The notes: generated from the sequence alone by a model not told the origin. 48,894 nucleotides of DNA from Alphaproteobacteria bacterium (GCA_028822385.1 JAPKDV010000003.1:1-48894); one strand, 5' to 3'; counted from the stretch's first letter, positions 1-9,705 are shown. A program made the numbers and translations.

Positions 1-98
1 GCGTCCTGCATCAGCTTGACAGCCGCGAACCCAACGCTCGGGCGGAACAAGTCGACCAGACAGGTCACAAAAAGGGCGACGCGGGGGGCTTCGCTCAT
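1..98 (-). CDS. lutA: Lactate utilization protein A (LutA/YkgE, CCG-domain Fe-S protein), N-terminal part only; runs off the window
   Basis: Not in the ORF track. Manual translation from the ATG at 98 gives MSEAPRVALFVTCLVDLFRPSVGFAAVKLMQDA, matching the LutA/YkgE N-terminal 'LFVTCLVD..RP.VG' motif. AAGGAG Shine-Dalgarno lies upstream. Confidence 0.8.
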   Translation of the reverse strand, partial: MSEAPRVALFVTCLVDLFRPSVGFAAVKLMQD

Positions 99-294
99 AG
101 CACGCTCCTTAAGTTTCGATCTGTTTAGCACATTTCGGCAAGGGCCCAAGCAAGTGGTGACTACACCTCCATTAACCACTAACTTCGTAGCTCTCACGAA
201 GGCGGAAGCCCATAAACACAGACGGCTACCTGGTTCAACATCGGCGTGAAACAGTGCCCGTCTTCACGGGCATGATGAGAATGGGAAAAACCAC

Positions 295-1470
295 TCATCT
301 CACAGGAATCAAAGTCTTCGGCACCAGTATATAATAGCTCCCAGCGCTCTTCATACGCCCAGCTTTGTCTAACGCCGCGCGACCCGTACCCCAGTAGAAA
401 TCCCCGCGCACTACGCCCTTAATTGCACTACCCACATCCTGGGCCAACATCAAACGCTGAAGGCGCTGATTGCCATCCGGATGCTCAATATCGACCCAAA
501 CTGGAACATTCAACGGCATGTGCTCCGGGTCGACCGCCATTGAACGTTCAGGCACCAACGGTACGCCCGCCGCGCCCAGAGGGCCATCACCATCAAGTTC
601 GCGGAAAAAGATAAAGCGCGGGTTTACCGCCAGCGCAGATCGCGCTTTCGCGGGATTGGTTTCAAGCCAGTTACGAATATCTTCCCATGCCGCACGATTG
701 GGCTCTAGTTCTCCCTCAGCGATCAGCCAGCGACCAAGCGATTCGTAGGCATGGCCGTTATGGCCGGCAAAGCCAATTCGCTGGCGGGCACCATCGGGCA
801 TTTCGACGATCCCTGAACCCTGCACCTGAAGAATGAACACATCTAGCAGATCGCGGGCCCAGTAAAGCACTTCCGCATCCTGTACAATGACGCCCTGGTC
901 AATCTCTCCACGCTCACGATACGGTACGAGCTGGCCGTTCTCAACTCGCCCGACCAGAGACTTACCCTTAAGTGTAGGATCGAAATTCCCCAGCCTGACC
1001 GTCACGTGATCCTTGGGCAAGGCGTATATTGGCTCACTATAGGTTTCGGATTTTCCCCGTGCCGCATCGAGAATAGGTTCGAAATAGCCAGTAAACAGAC
1101 CGGCTTCACCTTTCTTCGACGTGACCTGGAGCGCCGAAAAGTTGATCTCAATGAAGTGACGCAGAGCTTCCGTGTTCCCCTCCGGCAATCCGCCGAGCTG
1201 TTCACATAACCCCTGCCAGTCACTCGCTGTCCCAGTACCGGGGCCCAGTACCTTGGCAGATGGAAGATTGATTATCTTTCGACAGGAATTTCGCCAGGCC
1301 GGCAGGGCCTCCGAAAGCTGGTCAGCAGACCAGCCGGGCAAGGCCTTAACTGCAACCGGCACATAACGCAGCGCGGCTTCAGGCACAGGTGTCACGGGTT
1401 CCTCAGACTGGTCGCAGGCCGCCAGTGCCACCAGACCTGCAGCAACAAGAACGCGTAGCCAAGTTCGCAA
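295..1470 (-). CDS. mltA: Membrane-bound lytic murein transglycosylase A (lipoprotein)
   Basis: Lipobox LAAC; motifs GLFTGYFEP, LQVQGSG, and the 3D-domain AQDVGSAIKG..RGDFYWG; usual position next to a Tim44 gene. Confidence 0.93.
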   Translation of the reverse strand: MRTWLRVLVAAGLVALAACDQSEEPVTPVPEAALRYVPVAVKALPGWSADQLSEALPAWRNSCRKIINLPSAKVLGPGTGTASDWQGLCEQLGGLPEGNTEALRHFIEINFSALQVTSKKGEAGLFTGYFEPILDAARGKSETYSEPIYALPKDHVTVRLGNFDPTLKGKSLVGRVENGQLVPYRERGEIDQGVIVQDAEVLYWARDLLDVFILQVQGSGIVEMPDGARQRIGFAGHNGHAYESLGRWLIAEGELEPNRAAWEDIRNWLETNPAKARSALAVNPRFIFFRELDGDGPLGAAGVPLVPERSMAVDPEHMPLNVPVWVDIEHPDGNQRLQRLMLAQDVGSAIKGVVRGDFYWGTGRAALDKAGRMKSAGSYYILVPKTLIPVR

Positions 1471-1473
1471 CGT

Positions 1474-2139
1474 CTAGTTCGGGGCTTCGGTGGCGACGAG
1501 AGTCCAGTTCGGATTGCGCGAGCGGGTGTTGCGCGCAAAAGTCCAGATATCAGTAACCGTGCTGACCATGATTGGGTCCCCTGAAATAAGCTCGCCATCC
1601 TTGTCGCGGACAACTTCGATCTGCTCGGTTACGAACTTGATCGACACGAAAGCCACCCGGCCATCCATGTTGGCTTCAATGGCTTCCGCTTCGCGGATTC
1701 CGACTAGGGTCATTTCCATAGTCTCGCCATTGGCCTCACGGCTATCGATGACGCCGGCGAAGTTCTCGTAAACCTCATCGCTCAACAACGGGCGCAAAGT
1801 TTCGCAATCACCCTTCGCAAAGGAGGTCACGATCGTCTCAAACGCGCTGCGCGCACCCTCACAAAATTCCTTTAAAGAAAAACTTTCCTCTGCTGCGAGG
1901 ATCGCCCTCAGACCGTCGAGGGCCGGACTGTCCTCCGGGATATCATCAACAGTAACCGCCCCGGGAAGCGCCACAATGTTGTCGTCATTGCTAGCTTCAT
2001 TCGGGCCTACGTCTTCACGGGCCCCGTGGGGTTTCTGCGGCGGCTGTTCATTGCCGGTCCTTTTGCCCAAAACATTGCGCAATCGAAACACCAAAAATGC
2101 CGCAATCATCGCAAGAATGATGATATCGATGAATTTCAC
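1474..2139 (-). CDS. Tim44/TimA family inner-membrane adaptor protein
   Basis: N-terminal TM 'DIIILAMIAAFLVFRLRNVLGKRTG'; C-terminal 'DIWTFAR..SRNPNWTLVAT'; alphaproteobacterial synteny with mltA, fxsA and secB. Confidence 0.9.
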   Translation of the reverse strand: MKFIDIIILAMIAAFLVFRLRNVLGKRTGNEQPPQKPHGAREDVGPNEASNDDNIVALPGAVTVDDIPEDSPALDGLRAILAAEESFSLKEFCEGARSAFETIVTSFAKGDCETLRPLLSDEVYENFAGVIDSREANGETMEMTLVGIREAEAIEANMDGRVAFVSIKFVTEQIEVVRDKDGELISGDPIMVSTVTDIWTFARNTRSRNPNWTLVATEAPN

Positions 2140-2254
2140 GTCGCGATCCGTCCCAATTTTGTTTTTGCCACCCTATATACAACTAACGCGGAAAGCGTCG
2201 GAGATATTGTCGGATAAAACGCGCCGTCAACCGAACGCGTTATGACCTATACCT

Positions 2255-2286
2255 CCTAGATAAGGGTAACTTCATGAAAGAACAAG
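2255..2286 (-). promoter_or_regulatory. Putative RpoH (sigma32) promoter for the Tim44-mltA unit
   Basis: Minus strand reads CTTG-N18-CTTATCTAGG, fitting the alphaproteobacterial heat-shock consensus CTTG-N17/18-CYTAT-T--G. Confidence 0.45.
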
Positions 2287-2287
2287 A

Positions 2288-2800
2288 ATGCCGCTGCTGA
2301 TTCTCACCCTGTTCATTGGGATCCCATTGATCGAAATCTACCTTTTCATCTGGGTGGGAGGACTGATCGGGACCTGGCCAACCATCACGCTAGTAATCCT
2401 GACTGCATTTATCGGAACCGCCATGCTGCGCCAACAGGGGATAGCGACGATGGCAAGAGCTCAGGCCGAACTCCGCGATGGTCAGCTCCCTGTGCAGGAA
2501 TTCTTCAACGGATTCTGCGTGCTGTTAGGAGGCCTCATGTTGCTTACCCCGGGATTTCTGACCGACACACTGGGTTTTGGTCTACTGCTACCACCCCTGC
2601 GCGCCGTTCTTGGCCGCGGTATCTGGAAATTGTTCGCGCAGTCCGGCCGTGTTCATTTTCCCGTGTATGGCTCGAACCCGAGCGACAACACCAGAAAAGA
2701 ACCAGATGCGGGACCCGTCCTTGATGCCGAGGAATTCGGGGTGACGCGCGACGATAGCGCACCAGATCCGGATACACCCCAGCTGGGCGACCGCGCCTGA
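2288..2800 (+). CDS. fxsA: FxsA family membrane protein
   Basis: Motifs P.IEI, LRQQG, LLTPGFLTD.LG; directly upstream of secB. Confidence 0.92.
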   Translation: MPLLILTLFIGIPLIEIYLFIWVGGLIGTWPTITLVILTAFIGTAMLRQQGIATMARAQAELRDGQLPVQEFFNGFCVLLGGLMLLTPGFLTDTLGFGLLLPPLRAVLGRGIWKLFAQSGRVHFPVYGSNPSDNTRKEPDAGPVLDAEEFGVTRDDSAPDPDTPQLGDRA

Positions 2801-2879
2801 GTATTCAAAATGCCGCAACGGATTGGTTGTCGCCGCGGCACCATCATGTTAGCCAATGCGCCACTTTTCCCACTAACAC

Positions 2880-3479
2880 ATGACAGAGACGGACAGCGCC
2901 ATGAGCGACCAACCCGCAACACCAGCAGACCCCACAGCCGGCGGCACCTCCGCACCCGATGGACAGCCGATGATGCTGGTCAACGCACAGTATGTGAAAG
3001 ACCTGTCCTTCGAAAATCCAAACGCGCCCCAATCACTTTCCCAGCAAGGCGATCCTAACGTTCAGATCACTATTGATGTGAATGCCATCCAAGCGGCTGA
3101 GAAGGCCTTCGAGGTCACGCTCACTCTGCGTGCTGAGGGTACAAACGATAAGACAACATTATTCATTGTCGAAATCGTCTATGCCGGTATTTTTTCGATC
3201 GGCGAGGTGCCCGAAGAATATATGAGCCCGCTAGTCTATATTGAGGCACCGCGCCAGCTCTTCCCATTTGCACGTGCGATCATTGCTACCGCCGTGCGCG
3301 ACGGTGGCTTCCCGCCGTTGCTTATTCAGCCCATCGACTTTGTCGCTCTCTATCAGCAGCGTGCGTCTCAGGCTGAAGCCGAGCAGGCTGCCGGCGGAAC
3401 AGACGCACCCGCCGCCGCACCAAAAAATAGCAACGGGGCAGATAAGGAAGACGGGGCAAAGTTCGAGTTCGAACTCTAG
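2880..3479 (+). CDS. secB: Protein-export chaperone SecB with low-complexity N- and C-terminal extensions (start may be a downstream ATG)
   Basis: QYVKDLSFENPNAP, LFPFARAII..AVRDGGFPPL.I.PIDF.ALY. Confidence 0.96.
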   Translation: MTETDSAMSDQPATPADPTAGGTSAPDGQPMMLVNAQYVKDLSFENPNAPQSLSQQGDPNVQITIDVNAIQAAEKAFEVTLTLRAEGTNDKTTLFIVEIVYAGIFSIGEVPEEYMSPLVYIEAPRQLFPFARAIIATAVRDGGFPPLLIQPIDFVALYQQRASQAEAEQAAGGTDAPAAAPKNSNGADKEDGAKFEFEL

Positions 3480-3495
3480 TCTCCGGCTTTCGGCC

Positions 3496-4176
3496 CTAAC
3501 TTTCTTTGGAAGTCCAGACAGGTTCCCTAAGGACTTCGACCAGCGCGGCATGCGCTGCGAGCTCCTCGGGGCTTGGCGCGTGGGCACGCGCTACGCGCGC
3601 CTGCCGCTGCACCACAACCTGGTTGTCTGACGCGGCTCCGTTGCCGGTCAGTTCGAGACCGGGCTGCAAGCCCCCACAGAGCTGCAGATATACTTCTGCC
3701 AGAAGTTCGGCATCAAGCAAGGCGCCGTGCTTTTCACGCCGAGACAGGTCAACATCGAAACGCCGGCAGAGCGCATCCAGATTAGCCTGTGCGCCGGGGA
3801 ACTTCCGCCGGGCCATTGCGACGGTATCAATCGAACGATCCTGGTCGAGTAGCGGCCGGCCGATTTTCTTCAGCTCCGAATTCAGGAACTTCATATCAAA
3901 TTCGGCGTTGTGGATAACCAGCGGGGAACCCCCGATAAAGGTCAGAAAGTTTTCCACAACTTCAGCAAAGACAGGTTTGTCTGAAAGAAACTCTTCGCTC
4001 AACCCGTGGACACCAAAGGCGCCTTCTGGCATGTCGCGTTCTGGATTGACGTAGACATGAAATGTTTCACCGGTAGCGATATGATACTGGGTTTCCACAC
4101 AGCCGATCTCAACAATACGATCGCCTTGGTCCGGATCGAAGCCAGTAGTTTCAGTATCAAGAATGATTTCGCGCAT
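3496..4176 (-). CDS. dnaQ: DNA polymerase III subunit epsilon
   Basis: ExoI LDTETTG, ExoII HNAEFD, ExoIII HGALLDAELLAEVY. Confidence 0.97.
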   Translation of the reverse strand: MREIILDTETTGFDPDQGDRIVEIGCVETQYHIATGETFHVYVNPERDMPEGAFGVHGLSEEFLSDKPVFAEVVENFLTFIGGSPLVIHNAEFDMKFLNSELKKIGRPLLDQDRSIDTVAMARRKFPGAQANLDALCRRFDVDLSRREKHGALLDAELLAEVYLQLCGGLQPGLELTGNGAASDNQVVVQRQARVARAHAPSPEELAAHAALVEVLREPVWTSKES

Positions 4177-4202
4177 GGAGGGACTCGATTAAAGTAGGTG
4201 CT

Positions 4203-4817
4203 TCAGTGGTTGCTGCCTGAGCGGGAATGTGCAGCACGAATGGCTATGACGATCCGCTTCAGTTTTGAAAAAGTATAGGCCTTGCCGAGCCCCGTCTCCA
4301 CGACAAATTCAGCACGCCGGCGTTTCTCCTGGTCTGATAGCTGAGCTGCCAGAATACTCTTAAACCGAGCTTCATTCATGCCCGGGCGCGCAATCACTCG
4401 GCGACGTTGCATGGCCGTCGGTGCAGACACCACCACCACTCCGTCTACCCGAGCTTCACCGCCAGTCTCAAAGAGTAGGGGAATATCGAGCACCACGAGG
4501 CCGGTCCCCAGTACCTGGTGACAACGCAGGAAACTCTCGGACGCACGGCGCACCAGTGGATGCAGGATGGCCTCCAGATCACGGCGGGAATCGTGACTAC
4601 CGAACACCGCCGTCCCGAGCGCCTGACGATCAACCGCGTGTTCTTGCACCACGCCAGGGAAGCGGTCATTGATGGCAGCGCGGACATGCCGGTTGTTAGC
4701 CAGCAGATCATGCACGGTGGCGTCCGCGTCATGGACTGGCACGCCCAAAACTCGAAACATTTTCGCCGCAGTGGATTTCCCCATCCCGATGGAGCCAGTG
4801 AGGCCAAGCGTAATCAT
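4203..4817 (-). CDS. coaE: Dephospho-CoA kinase
   Basis: GLTGSIGMGKST P-loop, DAD.TVH, LE.ILHP.V, DIPLLFE. Confidence 0.97.
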   Translation of the reverse strand: MITLGLTGSIGMGKSTAAKMFRVLGVPVHDADATVHDLLANNRHVRAAINDRFPGVVQEHAVDRQALGTAVFGSHDSRRDLEAILHPLVRRASESFLRCHQVLGTGLVVLDIPLLFETGGEARVDGVVVVSAPTAMQRRRVIARPGMNEARFKSILAAQLSDQEKRRRAEFVVETGLGKAYTFSKLKRIVIAIRAAHSRSGSNH

Positions 4818-5671
4818 TTTGGACTCACCGCGAGAACTGCGCTACGCAAATCGTCGTCAACCTCGGGATCGACTCCGAACCACGCTCGGAACCCGGCGCG
4901 GGCTTGATACAACAACATGCCCAGGCCATCCACGACAGGATTTTTACGCAGGCGGGCAGCGGCCAGCAACCCGGTTTCCAACGGCGCGTAAACAATGTCG
5001 TTGACCACAGCATCTTTAGGCAGGGTTGTCAGATCGAGATCCAGCGCAGCCTGCCCCTGCATGCCAAGCGTGGTAGTGTTAACCAAAAGACCTGCATCGA
5101 CGAACGCCTCTGTACGCGCGCGCCAAGATATCGCTTCAACCGTGACATTCTGGTCGGAAACAATTTCTGCCAGAGCTTCGGCACGGGCCACCGTACGGTT
5201 TACGATCCGAATTTCTCGCACGCCGATATCAGCCAACCCAACTAGTGCAGCGCGCGCTGCACCGCCCGCTCCCAGAATCACCACGGGGCGTCCACGAAAT
5301 TTTTCGGCAAGCTGTTCAGGCGCATGGGCGCGGATGTTTTCGATCAAGCCGTAAGCGTCGGTGTTCGTCGCCGCGAGTGTGCCATCGTCACTCAGGATCA
5401 GCGTGTTCACCGCACCAATTCGGCGCGCGTTGTCATCGACGCTATCAACCAGATCCATGGCTGCTTCTTTGTGTGGCACGGTCAGATTGACACCACGAAA
5501 GCCTTCATTGCGCAGTCGATCTATCGCGTCGGATAGTTCATCGGGTTGCACCGGGAAAGCCTCATAGGTCCCCGCGATCTCGTAGCGCTTGAGCCAGTGG
5601 CCGTGGAGAACTGGAGAGAGGGAGTGGGTCACGGGCCAGCCCATCACGCCCGCACGCAGTAAAGCACTCAT
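4814..5671 (-). CDS. aroE: Shikimate dehydrogenase
   Basis: G.PV.HSLSP, NLTVPHKE, IGAVNT, NTD.YG, GAGGAARA, DIVY.P, DGLGMLLYQA. Confidence 0.96.
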   Translation of the reverse strand: MSALLRAGVMGWPVTHSLSPVLHGHWLKRYEIAGTYEAFPVQPDELSDAIDRLRNEGFRGVNLTVPHKEAAMDLVDSVDDNARRIGAVNTLILSDDGTLAATNTDAYGLIENIRAHAPEQLAEKFRGRPVVILGAGGAARAALVGLADIGVREIRIVNRTVARAEALAEIVSDQNVTVEAISWRARTEAFVDAGLLVNTTTLGMQGQAALDLDLTTLPKDAVVNDIVYAPLETGLLAAARLRKNPVVDGLGMLLYQARAGFRAWFGVDPEVDDDLRSAVLAVSPK

Positions 5672-6297
5672 CGTTCAATCACGTTGTTGCTCCGCAGGAA
5701 TTCGAGGAGTGGCAGCATGGGAAGACCCAGAATAGTGAAGAAATCGTCATCGATGCTGGAAAAAAGCTGAATGCCCAGGCCTTCAAGCAAATAAGCGCCG
5801 ACCGACTGGCAAGCGGCCTCACCCACCGTCTCGACATAATAGTCCATGAAAGTATCGCTCAGTTCGCGCATGTGCAGGACAGCATCGGCATTAACGTGCC
5901 AGATCACATCACCATCAAGTACAGCACAAACGCTGGCATGTAGTGTGTGTTCCTTACCCATCAATCTTTTTAGATGTGCGCGCACGCCGTCCAGATCGGC
6001 CGGCTTCTCAAACAGAGCGCCGTCACACGACAGAACCTGATCAGCACCAATCACGATGCAACCTTCGTGTTTGGCTGAAACTCGATGCGCCTTCAACTTA
6101 GCTAGTGCTTCGGCGATGGAGACATGTGTCGCATTTTCGACAAGCATTTTATCACGAACAGAAGCTTCATCCACATCTGACGGATCGACAATATGCGGCA
6201 CGCCCGCGGAGGTTAGCAGGCGGGTCCGGACCTCGCTTCCCGAGGCCAGAACGAGCGCGTGCGCATCAGATTTTGCGATCATGTCAGGAGATGACAT
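5668..6297 (-). CDS. maf: Maf family nucleoside triphosphate pyrophosphatase (start at 6297 or 6282)
   Basis: LVLASGS..R..LL, IGADQ, KP, SVGAY.LEG.G.QLF..I..D.FTILGLP; conserved ppsR-maf-aroE-coaE-dnaQ operon. Confidence 0.9.
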   Translation of the reverse strand: MSSPDMIAKSDAHALVLASGSEVRTRLLTSAGVPHIVDPSDVDEASVRDKMLVENATHVSIAEALAKLKAHRVSAKHEGCIVIGADQVLSCDGALFEKPADLDGVRAHLKRLMGKEHTLHASVCAVLDGDVIWHVNADAVLHMRELSDTFMDYYVETVGEAACQSVGAYLLEGLGIQLFSSIDDDFFTILGLPMLPLLEFLRSNNVIER

Positions 6298-7150
6298 CGC
6301 TGGGTTTCCTCTTGGTCGTCTCACCTTTTTGCTCCAGCCGGCGGTTGTATAAGGTCAGGATCGCTGCAGATGTTTCTTCGATCGACCGCCGGGTAACATC
6401 AATGACCGGCCACCGGTTGTGGGCAAAGTAACGTTTAGCCTCGGTTATCTCGACACGTACTTTGTCAAAATCGACATAGGGCGTCTCCTCATTCTGTTGC
6501 AGGGAACTCAGCCGTGCCCGACGCAACTCCACAAGTCGCTTAGGGTCATTTGTCAGGCCGATCATCAGCGGGTTTTCAAGCTTGTCCAAACCAGGCGGCA
6601 ACGGAATACCCGGAACCCAAGGCACGTTAGCTGCTCTAATCCCCCGGTTGGCAAGATAGAGGCAGGTAGGGGTTTTCGAAGTGCGCGACACGCCGACCAA
6701 TACAACATCCGAAGCGTCCAATTCATGTGCCCGTTGGCCGTCGTCGTGGGAGAGGGTCCAGTCCATCGCTTCGATGCGCTGAAAATAAGCCGCGTCTAGT
6801 TCGTGCTGACCGCCAACTACATGCGTCGGCAGCACACCAAGATAACTGCCGACCGCAGCAATCACGGGGTCTAACACCGAAATACACGGCACTTGTCGTA
6901 ACCGGCAACCCCGCACGAGTTGGTCGCACAGATTGTCGTTAACCAGCGTAAAAATTACCGGTCCGGGATTTTCGCTGATTTCTTCAAGGACCAAATCCAT
7001 TGCCTTTGGGGTTCGTGCCATCGGCCAGGAATGTTCGACAATATCCGTGTCCTCAAACTGTACGAGACACGCACGCGCAACTGACTGAATAGTCTCACCA
7101 GTAGAATCCGAAACGAGGTGGACATGATATTTCGGGGTCTGTTTATCCAT
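6284..7150 (-). CDS. ppsR: PEP synthase / pyruvate-phosphate dikinase regulatory protein (kinase-pyrophosphorylase, DUF299)
   Basis: HLVSDSTGET, YFQRIEAM, HDDG, GVSRTSKTPT..YLA, IDVTRRSIEETSA. Confidence 0.95.
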   Translation of the reverse strand: MDKQTPKYHVHLVSDSTGETIQSVARACLVQFEDTDIVEHSWPMARTPKAMDLVLEEISENPGPVIFTLVNDNLCDQLVRGCRLRQVPCISVLDPVIAAVGSYLGVLPTHVVGGQHELDAAYFQRIEAMDWTLSHDDGQRAHELDASDVVLVGVSRTSKTPTCLYLANRGIRAANVPWVPGIPLPPGLDKLENPLMIGLTNDPKRLVELRRARLSSLQQNEETPYVDFDKVRVEITEAKRYFAHNRWPVIDVTRRSIEETSAAILTLYNRRLEQKGETTKRKPSDVIS

Positions 7151-7624
7151 GAAGTACGCTCATCTGGCTGTGTGCAGTTTCTCTGGGCTGGTGGATAAGC
7201 ATTACTTTTTTAACAAGTCAGTACTTTGTTCAACGTTATGCCGTTCGTTGTACCCCCTGTCATCCTAAGGACTAGAAAGTTTCCCGAGCATGGGTGTGAA
7301 AATACAATGCACATTGTGTTCTGGGGTTTTTAGAGACTGATCCACAAATCCTTGTCACTCGTAAGGGTTTGCAATCAAGGAGATAGCTCAAATACTCACA
7401 ATTCAATCTGCCCATATAAGTATTCTAAATTATGGTGTGGAAAATCCTGTGCACATAAAATAATCCCTATGACTCACTGGACATCTACTACTTCAATTCA
7501 AATTATCACTACGTTCTTTTAACTATTTTTGTAATGCATCGAACAACCTCGTTCGCCATAGTCTCAGCAACTTCGATGTTGAACTCAACACTGAAAAATT
7601 CACTCCGACCCCAAAGATCGCGCC
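7151..7624. other. Chromosomal replication origin oriC
   Basis: AT-rich gap between divergent ppsR and hemE, the canonical alphaproteobacterial location. DnaA-box-like 9-mers: GGTGGATAA 7190-7198, TGTGAAAAT 7295-7303, TGATCCACA 7338-7346, TGTGGAAAA 7436-7444. IHF-like AATCAAGGAGATA 7373-7385, GANTC 7471-7475, CTACTACTT 7485-7493, then an AT-rich tract. Gene orientation diverges here and parS/parAB lie 11-15 kb away. Confidence 0.88.
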
Positions 7625-8662
7625 GTGACAAACCTGTTTCTCGATACTCTCGCCGGTAAGGCCGTACCCCGACCACCTTTCTGGTTTATGCGCCAAGCGG
7701 GCCGATATTTGCCGGAATACCGGGAAATTCGTGCTCAGGCCAATGGATTTCTCGATCTCTGCTATACTCCAGAACGTGCCGCCAGGGTGACACTGCAGCC
7801 GATTGAGCGGTTTCAGGCGGATGCGGCCATTCTGTTTTCAGACATCCTCGTCATCCCTCATGCCATGGGACAGACCGTGGATTTTGTCGAAGGCACTGGG
7901 CCTAAACTTGACCCGATCCAGAGCTCTCGTGATCTAGCTTTGCTTGATCCGGGAAAAACGTTAGAAAAATTGGCGCCCGTATTTGAAACTGTGCGTTTGG
8001 TGCGCGCTGGATTGCCTGACGACATAGCGCTGATCGGTTTCTCTGGGGCGCCCTGGACAGTCGCGACTTACATGATTGAAGGTGGAAGCACGCGGGACTT
8101 CAATACCGTAAAAAGCTGGGCAATTAGTAACCGAAGATCCTTTGCGATTATGCTTGATCTTGTGGTCGAATCCACTGTCATGTACCTCAAGGCACAGGTA
8201 GATGCAGGGGCCCAAGCGCTACAGATTTTTGATACTTGGGCAAGTGCGGTACCGGCATCCGATTTTGAAGACTGGGTTATCAACCCGACGGCCCGGATTG
8301 TCCTAGCGTTGAAATCACACGCGCCAGATGTGCCGATTATCGGCTTCGCCCGCGGTATTGGTTCGCGTCTGCCGGACTATATTCATCGGACTGGAATTGA
8401 TGCGGTTGGTCTAGATTCCTCGGTTTCACTTGCAGAAGCTGCAAACAACATTCAGCCGATATGCCCCGTCCAGGGAAATCTCGATCCCGCCTATTTGCTG
8501 TCTGGAGGTGTGGAAATGGAGCGTGCTGCTCATGAAGTTCTCGAAGCCATGTCCGGTGGTCCCTTTGTTTTCAATCTAGCCCACGGCATTAACAAGGATA
8601 CCCCGCCAGCTCATGTAGAGCGTCTGGCCGAAATCGTAAAAAACTGGGGTTTATCCAAATGA
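7625..8662 (+). CDS. hemE: Uroporphyrinogen decarboxylase
   Basis: WFMRQAGRYLPEY, AAILFSDIL, IGFSGAPWT.A.Y, VQGNLDP, FNLAHG. Confidence 0.98.
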   Translation: MTNLFLDTLAGKAVPRPPFWFMRQAGRYLPEYREIRAQANGFLDLCYTPERAARVTLQPIERFQADAAILFSDILVIPHAMGQTVDFVEGTGPKLDPIQSSRDLALLDPGKTLEKLAPVFETVRLVRAGLPDDIALIGFSGAPWTVATYMIEGGSTRDFNTVKSWAISNRRSFAIMLDLVVESTVMYLKAQVDAGAQALQIFDTWASAVPASDFEDWVINPTARIVLALKSHAPDVPIIGFARGIGSRLPDYIHRTGIDAVGLDSSVSLAEAANNIQPICPVQGNLDPAYLLSGGVEMERAAHEVLEAMSGGPFVFNLAHGINKDTPPAHVERLAEIVKNWGLSK

Positions 8663-9696
8663 CTACGGCCGTTGTTCTCTACAATTTAGGTGGCCCTGAT
8701 AAAACTGAGGCTATCCGTCCGTTCCTATTCAACCTGTTCAACGATCCTATGATACTGGGCATTCCGCAGCCATTCCGCTGGCTGTTGGCTCAGCTGATTT
8801 CGCGACGCCGAGCGAGCACAGCGGGTAAAATTTACGCCCATCTTGGTGGTAGTTCACCATTGCTAAAAAATACCCTTGACCAGGCCGATGCACTGGAAGT
8901 GGTATTAAATTCAGGTAGTAATGAAACCTACAAATGTTTCGTTGCCATGCGCTACTGGCACCCGTTTTGTCTGGAAACGCTGGATGAGGTTTTGGGTTTT
9001 CAGCCGGACCAGATTGTTTTGCTGCCGCTCTATCCCCAGTTCTCGGTGACAACTGTAGGCTCAATGATGCGGGTCTGGGAGCAGGCGGCGAAAACACGCG
9101 GTCTTAAAATTCCTGTAACAGCCTTGTGCTGCTATCCAACCGATCCGGGGTTTGTTTCGGCCGTTGCATCTTTTGTCTCTAATGCAGTCGCAACCCTTCC
9201 GGCAGGCGAAAAATTTCGCGTGCTGTTTTCTGCCCACGGCTTGCCAAAAAAAATTGTCGCGGGGGGCGACCCCTATCAATGGCAGGTTGAGCAAACAACA
9301 AAAGCTGTTGTTGCCGCACTCGACCAGGATTTTGACTGGATCAACTGTTATCAGAGCCGGGTCGGCCCACTGGAGTGGATTGGGCCCGCGACCGAGGATG
9401 AAATCAGGCTCGCGGGTGCAGAAGGCATTAGCCTGGTTGTTGTGCCTATTGCGTTTGTCTCGGAACACTCCGAGACACTTGTTGAGCTAGACATCGAGTA
9501 TCGTGAAATTGCTGATCATGCCGGAGTGCGTACTTACCTGCGCACGCCGACGGTTGGAGTGAATCCGATGTTTATTGAGGGTTTAGCGAAGCTTGTTCGA
9601 GACAGCGCCGCCGCGGGCTGTGATTTGTGCAGCGGAACCGGTGAACGTGTTTGTACGTTGGACTGGTCGCAATGTCCGATGAAGATAGAGGCTTAG
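8659..9696 (+). CDS. hemH: Ferrochelatase
   Basis: NLGGP, MRYWHP, LPLYPQFS, FSAHGLP, YQSRVGPLEW, FVSEHSETL.ELD; Cys-rich C-terminal tail. Confidence 0.97.
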   Translation: MTTAVVLYNLGGPDKTEAIRPFLFNLFNDPMILGIPQPFRWLLAQLISRRRASTAGKIYAHLGGSSPLLKNTLDQADALEVVLNSGSNETYKCFVAMRYWHPFCLETLDEVLGFQPDQIVLLPLYPQFSVTTVGSMMRVWEQAAKTRGLKIPVTALCCYPTDPGFVSAVASFVSNAVATLPAGEKFRVLFSAHGLPKKIVAGGDPYQWQVEQTTKAVVAALDQDFDWINCYQSRVGPLEWIGPATEDEIRLAGAEGISLVVVPIAFVSEHSETLVELDIEYREIADHAGVRTYLRTPTVGVNPMFIEGLAKLVRDSAAAGCDLCSGTGERVCTLDWSQCPMKIEA

Positions 9697-9705
9697 GATT
9701 CCTCT

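Noticed and set aside
16-249. 77-aa plus-strand ORF at the window start
   Set aside because: It is antisense to the lutA N-terminus, which has a clear motif and Shine-Dalgarno; the ORF has no recognisable features.
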